IMG/VR virus record: IMGVR_UViG_3300033146_000946
Coordinates: 83,062-147,061 of that record
Strand: one strand, 5' to 3'
From: a virus
DNA length: 64,000 nt
Shown: in pieces, positions 46,130 to 56,351 of the stretch
How positions within the stretch are numbered: the first letter of the stretch is position 1
How the letters are laid out: each line of letters opens with the position of its first letter
The notes under the pieces: generated by a model
Told to the model about the DNA's origin: nothing
What the model saw: the letters and a program-made list of their open reading frames with translations, nothing else
The model's database searches: none
Position numbers and translations under genes: made by a program

Positions 46130-47869
46130 TTAATCGAAATCTACTTCGAGATTTTTTAAATTAATTTTTTTAGATTTATTTTTTCTTTTAGTTTTTACTT
46201 CAATTGGTTTTTTAGATACATTAACAGCATTATCTTTTGCCCATTTACGCATATTTTGAATATGTTTATCACCAACTTTTACAATTGGTACAACATCTTT
46301 CAATCTTTCAGCAATTGCTTTTGTTGTTATATCAGATTTTGAATTAATCTTTACAATTTTTTTAGATTTACCATTTAATTGTTTAGCAAGATTATATTGA
46401 ATTGCTTCTTTAATAGCATGTTCAATTTCAGCACCTGTATAATCATATATACCACCATTTGAATCAGTATGTCTAATTTCAGCTAGTTCATCTAGATCAA
46501 ACTTTTCAGAATTTCTTCCACGTTTTTCTAAATGAATTTTAAAAATTTCTTTTCTTTCTTCTTTAGAAGGAATATCTGAGAAAAATATATTATCAAATCT
46601 ACCCTTTCTAAGAAGCTCAGGGTGGCTATTTCTAATAGCAGTGATATCATTAGCTGTCGCAATGATAAATACGCCAGGATGAGGCTCCTGCATCCATGTA
46701 AGAAGCGTTCCAATAACACGTTTTGTTGTACCACCATCTGTTTTATCAGAACTACCAGCACCAGCCAAAGATTTATCAAGCTCATCAATAATAACAATAC
46801 CACCAGCTGCTTCTGCTTGTGCTAATGCAAGTCTCATTCTTTTTTCAGATTCACCAACAAGACCAGCAAATACTTTACCTGTATCAAATTTAATTACAGA
46901 CATACCTGATTCTTTAGCCGCTGCTTTAGCAATTGCTGTTTTACCTGAACCTTGAACTCCAAGTAGCATACAACCTTTTGGATGTTCAGCTTTAAAATCA
47001 TTAGCAATTTCAGGATTATCCATAATAGCTTTTTGAACTGTAAACCATTCTTTAAAGTTTTCAAAACCACCTACAGTGTTCAATCCACCTTCACATGGCC
47101 AAAATTCAAGAATATCATTTTTATTAATAATATTTTTCTTTTCTTGAATGATAACATCTTCATCCAAACGTTTCTTTGTTTGTAGAGAATAATTACAAGC
47201 GTTAAAGATTTCATCTTCTGTCAAACCCATACAAGCATTTGCAATTTTATTTAGATCAAAATCAGTATCGATTTTATCTTCATCATTCACAGTTTCTTTA
47301 TTATGAAGTTTCATTAAAGCTGCAATATTTTTAGTAATAATATCATCTTTAATTTCTTCTCGAGTTGGAAGACCAAGTTCAATATATGCTGAATCTTTTT
47401 CAAGTTCAGTTGGTACTTTTAATGCTGGTCCAGAAATAAGTATAGGTGAACCTGCAGTAGCAGCTAAATATACAATATCTCTAATTTTTCTAATAACCAT
47501 AGGATTATTAAAAAACTTATCAGCATCTCTTAAAATATATATATTTCTTTTAAAATCTTCAAAATCATCAGTTAGTTTTGTTTGACAATCATGTTCAATT
47601 ATATCTAATGCTGTAAGAATATTACCGACAGATGATGCACCTTTAACTGTTTTTCTAGCTGAATCAGAATTATAATTATGTGGAGTAACATCTTTATCAT
47701 TATCAGATAATTGATGTAATCCTTGTGTTGCTGACCAGAATTCTACTTTATCATCTTTAAAATTCTTTTTAAGTTCACGGATAAGTTTTGTTTCTTCAAA
47801 AGTATTAACAAATACTAATCCACTATTTGATTCTATTCTATCAAATAGTTCTTGGTAACTGATATGCAT
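46130..47869 (-). CDS. Ycf46-like AAA+ ATPase
   Basis: GVQGSGKT, GLVGESE, IIDELDK, ATAN, PELLRKGRFD, TGAEIE. Confidence 0.9.
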   Translation of the reverse strand: MHISYQELFDRIESNSGLVFVNTFEETKLIRELKKNFKDDKVEFWSATQGLHQLSDNDKDVTPHNYNSDSARKTVKGASSVGNILTALDIIEHDCQTKLTDDFEDFKRNIYILRDADKFFNNPMVIRKIRDIVYLAATAGSPILISGPALKVPTELEKDSAYIELGLPTREEIKDDIITKNIAALMKLHNKETVNDEDKIDTDFDLNKIANACMGLTEDEIFNACNYSLQTKKRLDEDVIIQEKKNIINKNDILEFWPCEGGLNTVGGFENFKEWFTVQKAIMDNPEIANDFKAEHPKGCMLLGVQGSGKTAIAKAAAKESGMSVIKFDTGKVFAGLVGESEKRMRLALAQAEAAGGIVIIDELDKSLAGAGSSDKTDGGTTKRVIGTLLTWMQEPHPGVFIIATANDITAIRNSHPELLRKGRFDNIFFSDIPSKEERKEIFKIHLEKRGRNSEKFDLDELAEIRHTDSNGGIYDYTGAEIEHAIKEAIQYNLAKQLNGKSKKIVKINSKSDITTKAIAERLKDVVPIVKVGDKHIQNMRKWAKDNAVNVSKKPIEVKTKRKNKSKKINLKNLEVDFD

Positions 47870-47885
47870 TATATCACTCCATTCT

Positions 47886-48749
47886 TTAAGTTATTGATGT
47901 AATCAATTCATTTTTCATAATAGGTAATTTTACGTTTTTAAAATATCCATTTATAATTGGATTAAACATACCAACAGTAGCATATTCTCCTACTATTGGA
48001 CTTGGATTACAGATATACAAAATCTTTTTTACTTTTCCATTAATATCATATCTTGTATCACTAAAAGCAAAATCTCTATGATAATGTCCTGTTATATAAA
48101 CATCAGCATTAATCAAAGATTTTTTTTCTTTAAAATGATTTAATAATGTACTATCTGAAATAGTTGTAGAATTTGATAATCTATGGGTGATATATAATCT
48201 ATATGTCTTTGATAATTTTTTAGATTTATTAGTTAATTTTAAATTAACAAGACAATGAATACCACCATCTACTACACCTTTACCACCATATAATTGTTTA
48301 TTTAACCAAGTTCCACTTGCAATACGGCTTCGATATTCATGATTTCCTATCACACCGATTCTTCTTGCGTTCTTGGTATTTTTTCTATTACATGATTGCA
48401 TTGTATTATAATTTGATCCATATAAATCTTTATCTAAATCTTCATATAATTTTAATGCAGTAGTTAATTGTTCAGCTGGATCAGCTATTGATAATTCATT
48501 AGTTGAACCAGTACTAGTTTTTAATATATTTTCAATCATATCACCTGTATTAACTACAAACATATGATCTTTATATTTTTGTTGTTCTTTTAATAATATT
48601 TGTTTCATATCATTAATATTTAATGATTTATGACCAATATGTTCATCACCTCTGACTTGTAATATAACATAATCAGTTGTAATTGGCATTTCAATATTAT
48701 ATACAGGAATACTTTGATTTATAGTTTCTGAATGTTCCCATTGTGCCAT
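47886..48749 (-). CDS. Calcineurin-like metallophosphoesterase
   Basis: GDEHIG, TGDM, GNHE, ITH, GHYH. Confidence 0.85.
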   Translation of the reverse strand: MAQWEHSETINQSIPVYNIEMPITTDYVILQVRGDEHIGHKSLNINDMKQILLKEQQKYKDHMFVVNTGDMIENILKTSTGSTNELSIADPAEQLTTALKLYEDLDKDLYGSNYNTMQSCNRKNTKNARRIGVIGNHEYRSRIASGTWLNKQLYGGKGVVDGGIHCLVNLKLTNKSKKLSKTYRLYITHRLSNSTTISDSTLLNHFKEKKSLINADVYITGHYHRDFAFSDTRYDINGKVKKILYICNPSPIVGEYATVGMFNPIINGYFKNVKLPIMKNELITSIT

Positions 48750-49513
48750 TATTCCTCCTGATAAAATAATTTATGCCAAATACAATTAGGAGTAAATGGT
48801 ATATCAAACATTTCGTCAGGATTATTATAATTTATATCATGACTTTCATTAGAAAAAGGACAACGTCTGACTGTACCATCATATCTTAAATCAATGTAAT
48901 TTTCAGCATAAACACATTTATTATTTAATAAATAGTTTTCAAGACAACTATCTAAGGATATATTATATTTAACTTTATCACAAGAATTCCAAAATTTAAT
49001 TAATGTCCAAAGATCTTTTTGATTATCTTCTGCCCATTTATGATAAATAGGAAAATGAATATTTTTAAATTCATTTGTTTTAAGATTTTCAAAAACTTCA
49101 ATTGCTATATCAAAAGTTTCTTTATCTTTAATTAAAAAGAATTTTGTGTAATCGGTAAGTTCTTCATCTTTTAATTTATCTAATGAATAAACTGTAATAG
49201 ACACATCTTTTTTTATTACATCACCTGCAAAACTTAATAATGATGGATAAACATTTTCTGATATAGTTAAAAATTTAAATTCATCATCATGAATAAATCG
49301 TCCATATTCTAGTAATGTATTAATTACACTACATCCTGAATAATAAACTTTTTTATTATCAATTTTTTCAAGTAATATTTCAAATTCATCTGATGATAAT
49401 TGTTCATCTTTATGTTCACTATTTAAGAAATAACAAATATCTGCATGTTCACAAGGTGATGTACATTTTTCATAATGAACTGAAACTTGTTTAGTCATAA
49501 TCGGAATCCACAC
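48749..49513 (-). CDS. Degenerate radical-SAM/SPASM-like protein
   Basis: CTSPC....CYF; YIDLRYDGTVRRCPF. Confidence 0.5.
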   Translation of the reverse strand: MWIPIMTKQVSVHYEKCTSPCEHADICYFLNSEHKDEQLSSDEFEILLEKIDNKKVYYSGCSVINTLLEYGRFIHDDEFKFLTISENVYPSLLSFAGDVIKKDVSITVYSLDKLKDEELTDYTKFFLIKDKETFDIAIEVFENLKTNEFKNIHFPIYHKWAEDNQKDLWTLIKFWNSCDKVKYNISLDSCLENYLLNNKCVYAENYIDLRYDGTVRRCPFSNESHDINYNNPDEMFDIPFTPNCIWHKLFYQEE

Positions 49514-49919
49514 TTCTCATATTTAAAGGAATATCACTAATATCTAATTCATCAGATTTGATTTTTTCTAAAAGATCTTCAAGCATTTCAACTGTTTTAT
49601 CTTTAATTTCATCAGTATCTAATTGATCTACTTCTGTAACTACATGTAATTTAATTTTATTTTTATGTTCATAAGTCATTAAAATTTTATTAATAACCCA
49701 TCCCATCATAAATGCAGTTCCACGATAATGATCTCCAAGAATAGCAGCACCAAAATCAATTATTTTTTCAAGTTTTTCTTTTTGATTATCAATGGTATCT
49801 TTAAAAATATTTCGAAGAGTATCCATATCAAATTCTTCACCATCATCATCTTTAATTATGATATTAACATATTCTAAATTATTATCATCATTTTTTCTAT
49901 AAAATCCTGTATCAGACAT
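49491..49919 (-). CDS. Acidic hypothetical protein
   Basis: 142 aa; SD AAGGAG. Confidence 0.7.
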   Translation of the reverse strand: MSDTGFYRKNDDNNLEYVNIIIKDDDGEEFDMDTLRNIFKDTIDNQKEKLEKIIDFGAAILGDHYRGTAFMMGWVINKILMTYEHKNKIKLHVVTEVDQLDTDEIKDKTVEMLEDLLEKIKSDELDISDIPLNMRSVDSDYD

Positions 49920-49928
49920 TTCGTCTCC

Positions 49929-50393
49929 TTAAAAATATTTTGTTCTAGTTTTAATTTCAATATTAATATTTGGTTTTTCATTTTCATTTTCAATAAATTC
50001 AAGTGGATTAGGAATACCACAAGAATCAATATCTAATTCTTTTCTTAACTTAATCAAATAATTAATATTTTGTTTTACAATACTTAATGTATTAGAAGGT
50101 TCTAATGTAAATATATTATTTACAATAGCAGTTTCAATTGAAGTATGATTATTTAATAGTAATTTAAAACTTGTAGTTTTATCTGATACTTCTATATAAA
50201 CATCAAATTTTTTACCTTTAAATTCATCTTTAACATAATCACTAATAACACTTTTTAATTTATTATTAATAGTATCTGTGTCAATTGAAGTTTTTTTTCT
50301 TTGTTCAATAATCTTTTTTCTTTTAACATTAAAGGACTTAATCGTATCAATTAAGTCCTGTGTTTTATTAAGACGAACATTTATATTACCCAT
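49929..50393 (-). CDS. Hypothetical protein
   Basis: 154 aa; SD AAGGA. Confidence 0.7.
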   Translation of the reverse strand: MGNINVRLNKTQDLIDTIKSFNVKRKKIIEQRKKTSIDTDTINNKLKSVISDYVKDEFKGKKFDVYIEVSDKTTSFKLLLNNHTSIETAIVNNIFTLEPSNTLSIVKQNINYLIKLRKELDIDSCGIPNPLEFIENENEKPNINIEIKTRTKYF

Positions 50394-50407
50394 TTTTAGT
50401 TTCCTTT

Positions 50408-50842
50408 CTAAAATGGTAGATCTGAAGCTGATAAATTATTAGTTGATTGAGATTGTTCTGGTTCCTGTTGTCTAACAGAATCTATACCTTTTGATATAGG
50501 TGTTATTCCAGATACAATAATATTTGTATAATATTTATCTGTTTTTTTATCTTTAGTTCTGGATTCATATCCTTCAATTTCAACTATTGTTCCAAGTTGT
50601 ATAGTATTTTTTAAATCATCAACTGCTTGTTGTGTTTTTGCAAATACTGTACATCTTTCAAATAATCTCATTTTAGATTCAGCTGAATCTTTAACTTTTG
50701 TTTCAACATTAAATGATATAATGTATGAACTAAAATCAGAATCAGATTTAGGTGGAATAACTCGTAAAATTTCATCTGAATCATTACTGTTATATTTATA
50801 AAATGGTATAACAGTAGCATTAGTAAGTGTTACTTTTTTCAT
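50408..50842 (-). CDS. ssb: Single-stranded DNA-binding protein
   Basis: OB-fold pattern (G.IVEIEG, YYTNIIV), Q/S-rich tail ending DLPF. Confidence 0.8.
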   Translation of the reverse strand: MKKVTLTNATVIPFYKYNSNDSDEILRVIPPKSDSDFSSYIISFNVETKVKDSAESKMRLFERCTVFAKTQQAVDDLKNTIQLGTIVEIEGYESRTKDKKTDKYYTNIIVSGITPISKGIDSVRQQEPEQSQSTNNLSASDLPF

Positions 50843-52812
50843 TAACTTTCCTCTTTCTTTGTTTGATTGAAAATCATTTTAGGTACAATTGATGTTAAAT
50901 TAGTTATAACATCTGATCCATTTTTACTATTTTTTAATACTTCGCTTTTTAATTCTTTTTTATCAATATTAACATCTGAATATACATTTAATACATTATC
51001 AATATTTTTATTAAAGATTTCTTCTAAATCTTTTTTAGATAAATCATTAAATTTAATAATAGAATCAACTGAATTTAAAATAGTTTTATTTATTACTTGT
51101 TCTAAATTAGAAGTTGATGTAGAATCAGAACCAAAACCAAAACCCATAGCTTTAGTATTAATTGCTTTATTTTCATTTTCTTCTAATGATACAGAAAAAA
51201 TAATAATTGTATTATTTAAACTAACTTCTCTTTCAGCACTATCAATCATTTTACCATTTTTAATACTAGTAAGAAGATATTCAGATATAGATTGGTGACA
51301 TTTATTAATATGTCTCAAGTATAAAATACTTTGTGGATTATTTCTTAAATCTTTAATAAGTTTACCAGACTTTTGATAACCAACATATCCTGGAGGTGCA
51401 CCTTTAAGTTCTGTTAATTGGAACTCTTGAGTATATTGAGCTAAATCATATTCAATAATATTATCTTGTGTACCATAAAGACTTTCTGATAATAATTGAA
51501 CAGATTTAGTTTTACCTACTCCATGACTACCAACTAATAATAAAATACTAATTGGTCTTGTTCTTACAGAATTGATATGTTGCATTATATTACTAACATT
51601 TGCTAATTCTGTTACTGGATCATTTTGATTAACAATTTCTTCGTTCATTTTATCAACAATAGCTTTATAATTCAAACTATTTTTAATATAATTATAATCA
51701 ATATTTCCGATATCAGATATAGCTAAATCAATATGTCTTTTAGTTAAAGTTCTTTTACCTGAAACAGTTTTAGTAGTTTTAATAATATTAATATCTTTAT
51801 CAATATGTAAAAAATCTTTATTACTACTATCATCATATTCATCATGAATATCTTTAATATTCATAATAGAACAAGACTTATCAAGTATATCAAATGACTT
51901 ATCTGGATTCTTTCTATGTCCAAGAAATCTAGATCCATTTTCAACAAGATATTCACATATTTCTTTATTAATAGAACAATTATGATAATCTTCAAAAACA
52001 CTTTTAGTATTATATACCATTTTAATTGTTTCATCAATAGATGGTTCATTAATATTAACTAATGTAAATCTACGTTCTATTGCTTTATCTTCAGTTATAA
52101 TATTATGATATTCATCTACAGTAGTAGCACCAATAAATCTAATTGTACCTGTAAGATATGGTTTAAGAATATCATTAAATTTTTCATTAAGAAGTTGATG
52201 TACTTCGTCAATAAAAAGAATATGTTTTGGATCTTCAGAAGCTTTTTCAAGAATATCTACAATTTTACTAATTGGATCTTCTTTATAATGAGTGAAGAGA
52301 TATGGAATATCTAAATGATGTAGTTTAGCATTTTTAAGTGGAAATGGAACTGTTCCATTTATTAATCTAGTATTAATTTCATTAACAATAGCTGTTTTAC
52401 CAGTACCTGCTTCACCAACTATAATAACACCACGTTTATTTTTTCTAGCTAATGTTATTAGAATTTGTTCAACTTCTTTATCTCGACCAGTTATAATATT
52501 ACCACTATTATAACTTAATTTTTTACAAGCATTAAATTCTTTATAATTTCTTGTAATAGGTGAAAATGAAACTATATTAGTAGTATTCTTTTTAGATATA
52601 TCTTTAAGAATTGTAATAAGATCATCAGTTTTTTTATAAATTCCATCAGGTATTTGAGATATTAATTTCTCATAATTTTTGATATTATATTTTTTTGGTG
52701 TTTTACTTTTTCTTTTAAGTAATTCATAATTTTCTTCTGATGAAAAAATATCATCAGTTTTGTTAGCCAATTTTTTTAATTGGTTTTTAATACTATTAGA
52801 AAGTATCAACAT
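50842..52812 (-). CDS. ClpA/C-like AAA+ unfoldase lacking the Clp N-domain
   Basis: GRDKE, GEAGTGKTAIV, FIDEVH, GATT..EY, ERRF, PDK; second module GSHGVGKT, GAPPGYVGY, MGF loop. Confidence 0.92.
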   Translation of the reverse strand: MLILSNSIKNQLKKLANKTDDIFSSEENYELLKRKSKTPKKYNIKNYEKLISQIPDGIYKKTDDLITILKDISKKNTTNIVSFSPITRNYKEFNACKKLSYNSGNIITGRDKEVEQILITLARKNKRGVIIVGEAGTGKTAIVNEINTRLINGTVPFPLKNAKLHHLDIPYLFTHYKEDPISKIVDILEKASEDPKHILFIDEVHQLLNEKFNDILKPYLTGTIRFIGATTVDEYHNIITEDKAIERRFTLVNINEPSIDETIKMVYNTKSVFEDYHNCSINKEICEYLVENGSRFLGHRKNPDKSFDILDKSCSIMNIKDIHDEYDDSSNKDFLHIDKDINIIKTTKTVSGKRTLTKRHIDLAISDIGNIDYNYIKNSLNYKAIVDKMNEEIVNQNDPVTELANVSNIMQHINSVRTRPISILLLVGSHGVGKTKSVQLLSESLYGTQDNIIEYDLAQYTQEFQLTELKGAPPGYVGYQKSGKLIKDLRNNPQSILYLRHINKCHQSISEYLLTSIKNGKMIDSAEREVSLNNTIIIFSVSLEENENKAINTKAMGFGFGSDSTSTSNLEQVINKTILNSVDSIIKFNDLSKKDLEEIFNKNIDNVLNVYSDVNIDKKELKSEVLKNSKNGSDVITNLTSIVPKMIFNQTKKEES

Positions 52813-52814
52813 AA

Positions 52815-53204
52815 TTAAATCCTTGCGATTGAGTTATACCAATGAATAAAAGATGTATTATTAACATTTAAATTACATCCAGGTTGAAGATCAGTAACCA
52901 TATCATAAATTTTTGGATATTCTTTAATAGTATTACTAATACATAAAATTCGTTTACACATAAAAGATGCTAATGCTATTTCAGCTATACTTAATTCATT
53001 AATTTCATGTATTACTAAAATTTCAACATTAGGATCCATTATTAATCCAGTTATATATCTTATATTCCATTTATCTTTATCTCTAATTATAAAAGATACA
53101 TTACCTAATTCCTTGGTTATATCTTGTATAATATAATCATCTGCTTTATCAGTATAAATATACACTTTATTTGAAGATGTATCATCTAATGATTCTAAAT
53201 TCAT
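52815..53204 (-). CDS. Possible nucleoside-deoxyribosyltransferase-like fold protein
   Basis: ILVI...SIAEIALASFMCKRILCI; weak match. Confidence 0.35.
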   Translation of the reverse strand: MNLESLDDTSSNKVYIYTDKADDYIIQDITKELGNVSFIIRDKDKWNIRYITGLIMDPNVEILVIHEINELSIAEIALASFMCKRILCISNTIKEYPKIYDMVTDLQPGCNLNVNNTSFIHWYNSIARI

Positions 53205-53205
53205 A

Positions 53206-53622
53206 TTAAAACCTTTTAATTTTATTTCGTTTAAACAATATTTTAGCAATATCTGAAATATTATTAAAATTTTTTATTTCTAATTTTTGTCTTTTTAGTG
53301 GAAAATAAATAGTTATTTTAAAATTTGAAGTATCAATAAATGCCATATATAATTTATCAAATATCATATCACTATTTAATAGTTTTGCTATTTGTAAATT
53401 AATTTTAGCTTTATTAATTAGATTTGATTGAATAAATTTAGTATTATTACTATAAGTAGTATTTAAGTAATAAAAACGATTATAATATTTTTCAATAATA
53501 CCGTAATTTATTAATTTATAAATTTCTTTTTTTGCTTTGTAATAACTAATTTTATTTTTATTAGCAAATTCTTTTATTGTTATGAAGTCACCCTTATTCT
53601 TCAAAATGTGTTTCATAATCAT
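53206..53622 (-). CDS. Winged-helix DNA-binding protein
   Basis: ITIKEFANKNKISYYKAKKEIYKLINYGIIE. Confidence 0.6.
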   Translation of the reverse strand: MIMKHILKNKGDFITIKEFANKNKISYYKAKKEIYKLINYGIIEKYYNRFYYLNTTYSNNTKFIQSNLINKAKINLQIAKLLNSDMIFDKLYMAFIDTSNFKITIYFPLKRQKLEIKNFNNISDIAKILFKRNKIKRF

Positions 53623-53762
53623 TCCATTCTTCTAAAGTATTTTGATATATACCTGATTGTACTAAAAGTTCATCTTTGTGAAAACCACATAATTCACAAT
53701 AATTTTCTTTATCAAATTTATGAGTATGTGTATTTAACCATTGCACATAATCACTCATAATA

Positions 53763-54035
53763 TTACCTTCTTAAATTAATTCGTTTTTGTTTAGTTTTGA
53801 TTATTGTAACTAATTCATTTATATCATGTTCACCTGAAAATAATGAATCGAATGCTTCAGCATGTTTTTCACATACTGGAATACTATTATAAATAAAACA
53901 ATCTTTATTATTAGATATAATAGTTCTTGTTACATCTATTGAACCAAAATTAAATTGTGCCTTTTCTTCACAGAAAAAGCACGTATGTTTTATAGATGGA
54001 ATATCACCTTCAGTAATATCTATTATAGATTCCAT
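53763..54035 (-). CDS. Zn-finger protein
   Basis: CFFC...VCEKH; ends INLRR. Confidence 0.65.
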   Translation of the reverse strand: MESIIDITEGDIPSIKHTCFFCEEKAQFNFGSIDVTRTIISNNKDCFIYNSIPVCEKHAEAFDSLFSGEHDINELVTIIKTKQKRINLRR

Positions 54036-54236
54036 TTAAATTTCTCCATGTATTTTAATCCAATTTTCTCTAAATTCTGCTGCATATTGAGTTATCCACA
54101 TTGTACTTATTTCTTCTAATGTATAAAGTTCTAATGGATCTTTATGAAGTATTTCACCTAGATACCATTTAAATTTATATATCTCTTCAATTTCATCATT
54201 AAGAAATTCTTTAAATTTAATAGTATTATGTATCAT
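54036..54236 (-). CDS. DUF4032-like small protein
   Basis: EIEEIYKFKWYLGE...D...WI..YA..FR. Confidence 0.6.
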   Translation of the reverse strand: MIHNTIKFKEFLNDEIEEIYKFKWYLGEILHKDPLELYTLEEISTMWITQYAAEFRENWIKIHGEI

Positions 54237-54252
54237 AAAAGACCCACTAAAA

Positions 54253-54618
54253 TTAATCCATTAATTCTTTTAATTTAGTACTATTAATAACTTTTTTAGC
54301 ATTATCAGAAAATTTTCTTGTTAGAAACCAGTTTTCCATTCTATAACTATAATCTAAAATAGATTCTAATCTACTTTTATTAATAGTACCAATAAATCGT
54401 TTTAATGCATATTTACCTTTTGCATTAAGTTTATATTTATTAATAACCTTATTATATAGTTTAGTAATTTCTACACTTTTTTCTTTTTGTTTTTCAACAT
54501 TAAGTTCATGTCGAAGTTGTTTTGCTTCTTTATTCTTTTGTCTATGATGTTCAGAAGCATAACGTTTATATTTTGCTTGATATCCTGCACGTCCACGACG
54601 TTTACGTTTGTTAGGCAT
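54253..54618 (-). CDS. Very basic hypothetical protein
   Basis: MPNKRKRRGRAG...; SD GAGGT. Confidence 0.65.
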   Translation of the reverse strand: MPNKRKRRGRAGYQAKYKRYASEHHRQKNKEAKQLRHELNVEKQKEKSVEITKLYNKVINKYKLNAKGKYALKRFIGTINKSRLESILDYSYRMENWFLTRKFSDNAKKVINSTKLKELMD

Positions 54619-54634
54619 AACCTACCTCTTTCTA

Positions 54635-54988
54635 TTAAATTTTACCATAAAAAATTGTTTCTACATCACTACTATCAATTCTTGTAACTTGAACTGATCT
54701 TTTATCTTTTCCACCAGATGTATAATCATTTTGAAGTGAATATAAATCTTGAGCAGTTTTTTTAATTTCATTTACATTAGTACCAGTAATCATAATTTCA
54801 ACTTTTTTCATAAATACTCGTTTAGGAGTTCTAGCTTTTCTTCCATTATTTTTTGTGATTCTATGATTTTTTCTTCCTAATGTTGGTTTTAATTTAGATT
54901 TTTGTTTTTTCATTTTAACTACTTTAATATTACTTTTAGTTTTACCTTCTGTAATTTCTAAATACTTTTTACTTTTTCTTGCTTCCAT
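54635..54988 (-). CDS. Very basic hypothetical protein
   Basis: Lys/Arg-rich N-terminal half. Confidence 0.65.
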   Translation of the reverse strand: MEARKSKKYLEITEGKTKSNIKVVKMKKQKSKLKPTLGRKNHRITKNNGRKARTPKRVFMKKVEIMITGTNVNEIKKTAQDLYSLQNDYTSGGKDKRSVQVTRIDSSDVETIFYGKI

Positions 54989-54990
54989 AA

Positions 54991-55698
54991 TTATTTTCCT
55001 ATTAAAAGTTCATTGAAAAATGGTAATTGTTCTAATTCTTCACACATCATATGCCAAAAATGTAATCTATGTGTTTTTCTTAAAAGATATAATCCTCTTA
55101 ATGATTGATAACTAAAAGCTTTAATTCTTCTTTGTAACCAACCTTCAGGTAATGCTGATTTAAGAACATCAATTGGAATATCTTTTACTTCTGTTCCATA
55201 TTTATTCACTAATATTTGTAATGTTAATTTAAAATTATCAATTACAACTTGTTCAGTAAATTTATCAAACATAGATGCATTAATTTCATCTATATTATTA
55301 ATTTCTTTTCTTAATGTATACATTGTTGAAGTTGAACTTGTTGGACTCACACCAACTACATATGTATCTAATTCAGACCATATTTTTCTTGGAGCTGTAA
55401 TATCTAACCAAACTATAATACCTCTTTGAAATTTACCATGTACATTTCCTTGAAATATTTCATCATCTTCATTATCTGACCAATGAACTTTTTCTTTTTT
55501 ATTTAAAAGATGTTTAGCAAGTTTAGCATCATTTGGTCCTAACTTAAAAGTTGTTTTAGTTATTAATTCTAATGTTTCTTTATTAAAATCGTATTCAAAA
55601 TTAATATTAGAATCATTATCTGTTTGAGTTGGTAAACGCATACCAGTAATTGCTGGATTAAAACCTTCTATTCCAACTATTTTAATTTGTTCTTTCAT
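54991..55698 (-). CDS. ThyX-like (flavin-dependent thymidylate synthase-related) phage protein
   Basis: AITGMRLP, HGKFQR, DITAP..IWSELDTY, STSTM, LPEGWLQRR, RKTHRL. Confidence 0.65.
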   Translation of the reverse strand: MKEQIKIVGIEGFNPAITGMRLPTQTDNDSNINFEYDFNKETLELITKTTFKLGPNDAKLAKHLLNKKEKVHWSDNEDDEIFQGNVHGKFQRGIIVWLDITAPRKIWSELDTYVVGVSPTSSTSTMYTLRKEINNIDEINASMFDKFTEQVVIDNFKLTLQILVNKYGTEVKDIPIDVLKSALPEGWLQRRIKAFSYQSLRGLYLLRKTHRLHFWHMMCEELEQLPFFNELLIGK

Positions 55699-56343
55699 TT
55701 AAATTTCTCCATATAATCCAACAACTTGACTAATTGTATATCTATTTCTTCTATTACTTAACAATATTTGAATATTTGTCAAATTATTATTATAATTAGT
55801 ATTTAATTTAGACATTATATCATCATTTAATAATAATGGTACTATTTGCCAATTTTGATCTTCAAATTTAATTTTAAATTCTAATTCAGGATTTTTAAAA
55901 TATTCAATTAAATTAGGTAATGATATTGGCATAAATATATAATCATTATATAAATCACTTTTAAAATAAATATAAAAATATTTATTATTTCTTGTATATT
56001 TAGTAAATTTAGTATTCCAAAAATGTGATAATTCATGATAACTTAATTGTGTAAGATCATCTAAATTATCTAAAATAAATTTATATGGATTATATCTTAA
56101 TAATAATTCATTATCATTAAAAAGTATTTTCAAATGATTAACATGATATCTATTTTCTGGTGTAACAGATACTTCATTTATTTTATGTTGTAATTCACCA
56201 ATAGTATAATTTAATGATAACTCTGTTATTTTAAATTCTTTTTTTGATAATTTTACAATAGATTCATATGATTGTCCACAATATTCACAACCATAACCTG
56301 GTGAATATTTATGTAATACTTTACAATTTGTACAAAAATACAT
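55699..56343 (-). CDS. Hypothetical protein with N-terminal Zn ribbon
   Basis: CTNC...CEYCG. Confidence 0.65.
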   Translation of the reverse strand: MYFCTNCKVLHKYSPGYGCEYCGQSYESIVKLSKKEFKITELSLNYTIGELQHKINEVSVTPENRYHVNHLKILFNDNELLLRYNPYKFILDNLDDLTQLSYHELSHFWNTKFTKYTRNNKYFYIYFKSDLYNDYIFMPISLPNLIEYFKNPELEFKIKFEDQNWQIVPLLLNDDIMSKLNTNYNNNLTNIQILLSNRRNRYTISQVVGLYGEI

Positions 56344-56351
56344 TTTATCTC

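Noticed and set aside
54635-54988. Ribosomal protein S10 homolog
   Set aside because: Only a short beta-alpha resemblance; the GP..LP motif is absent
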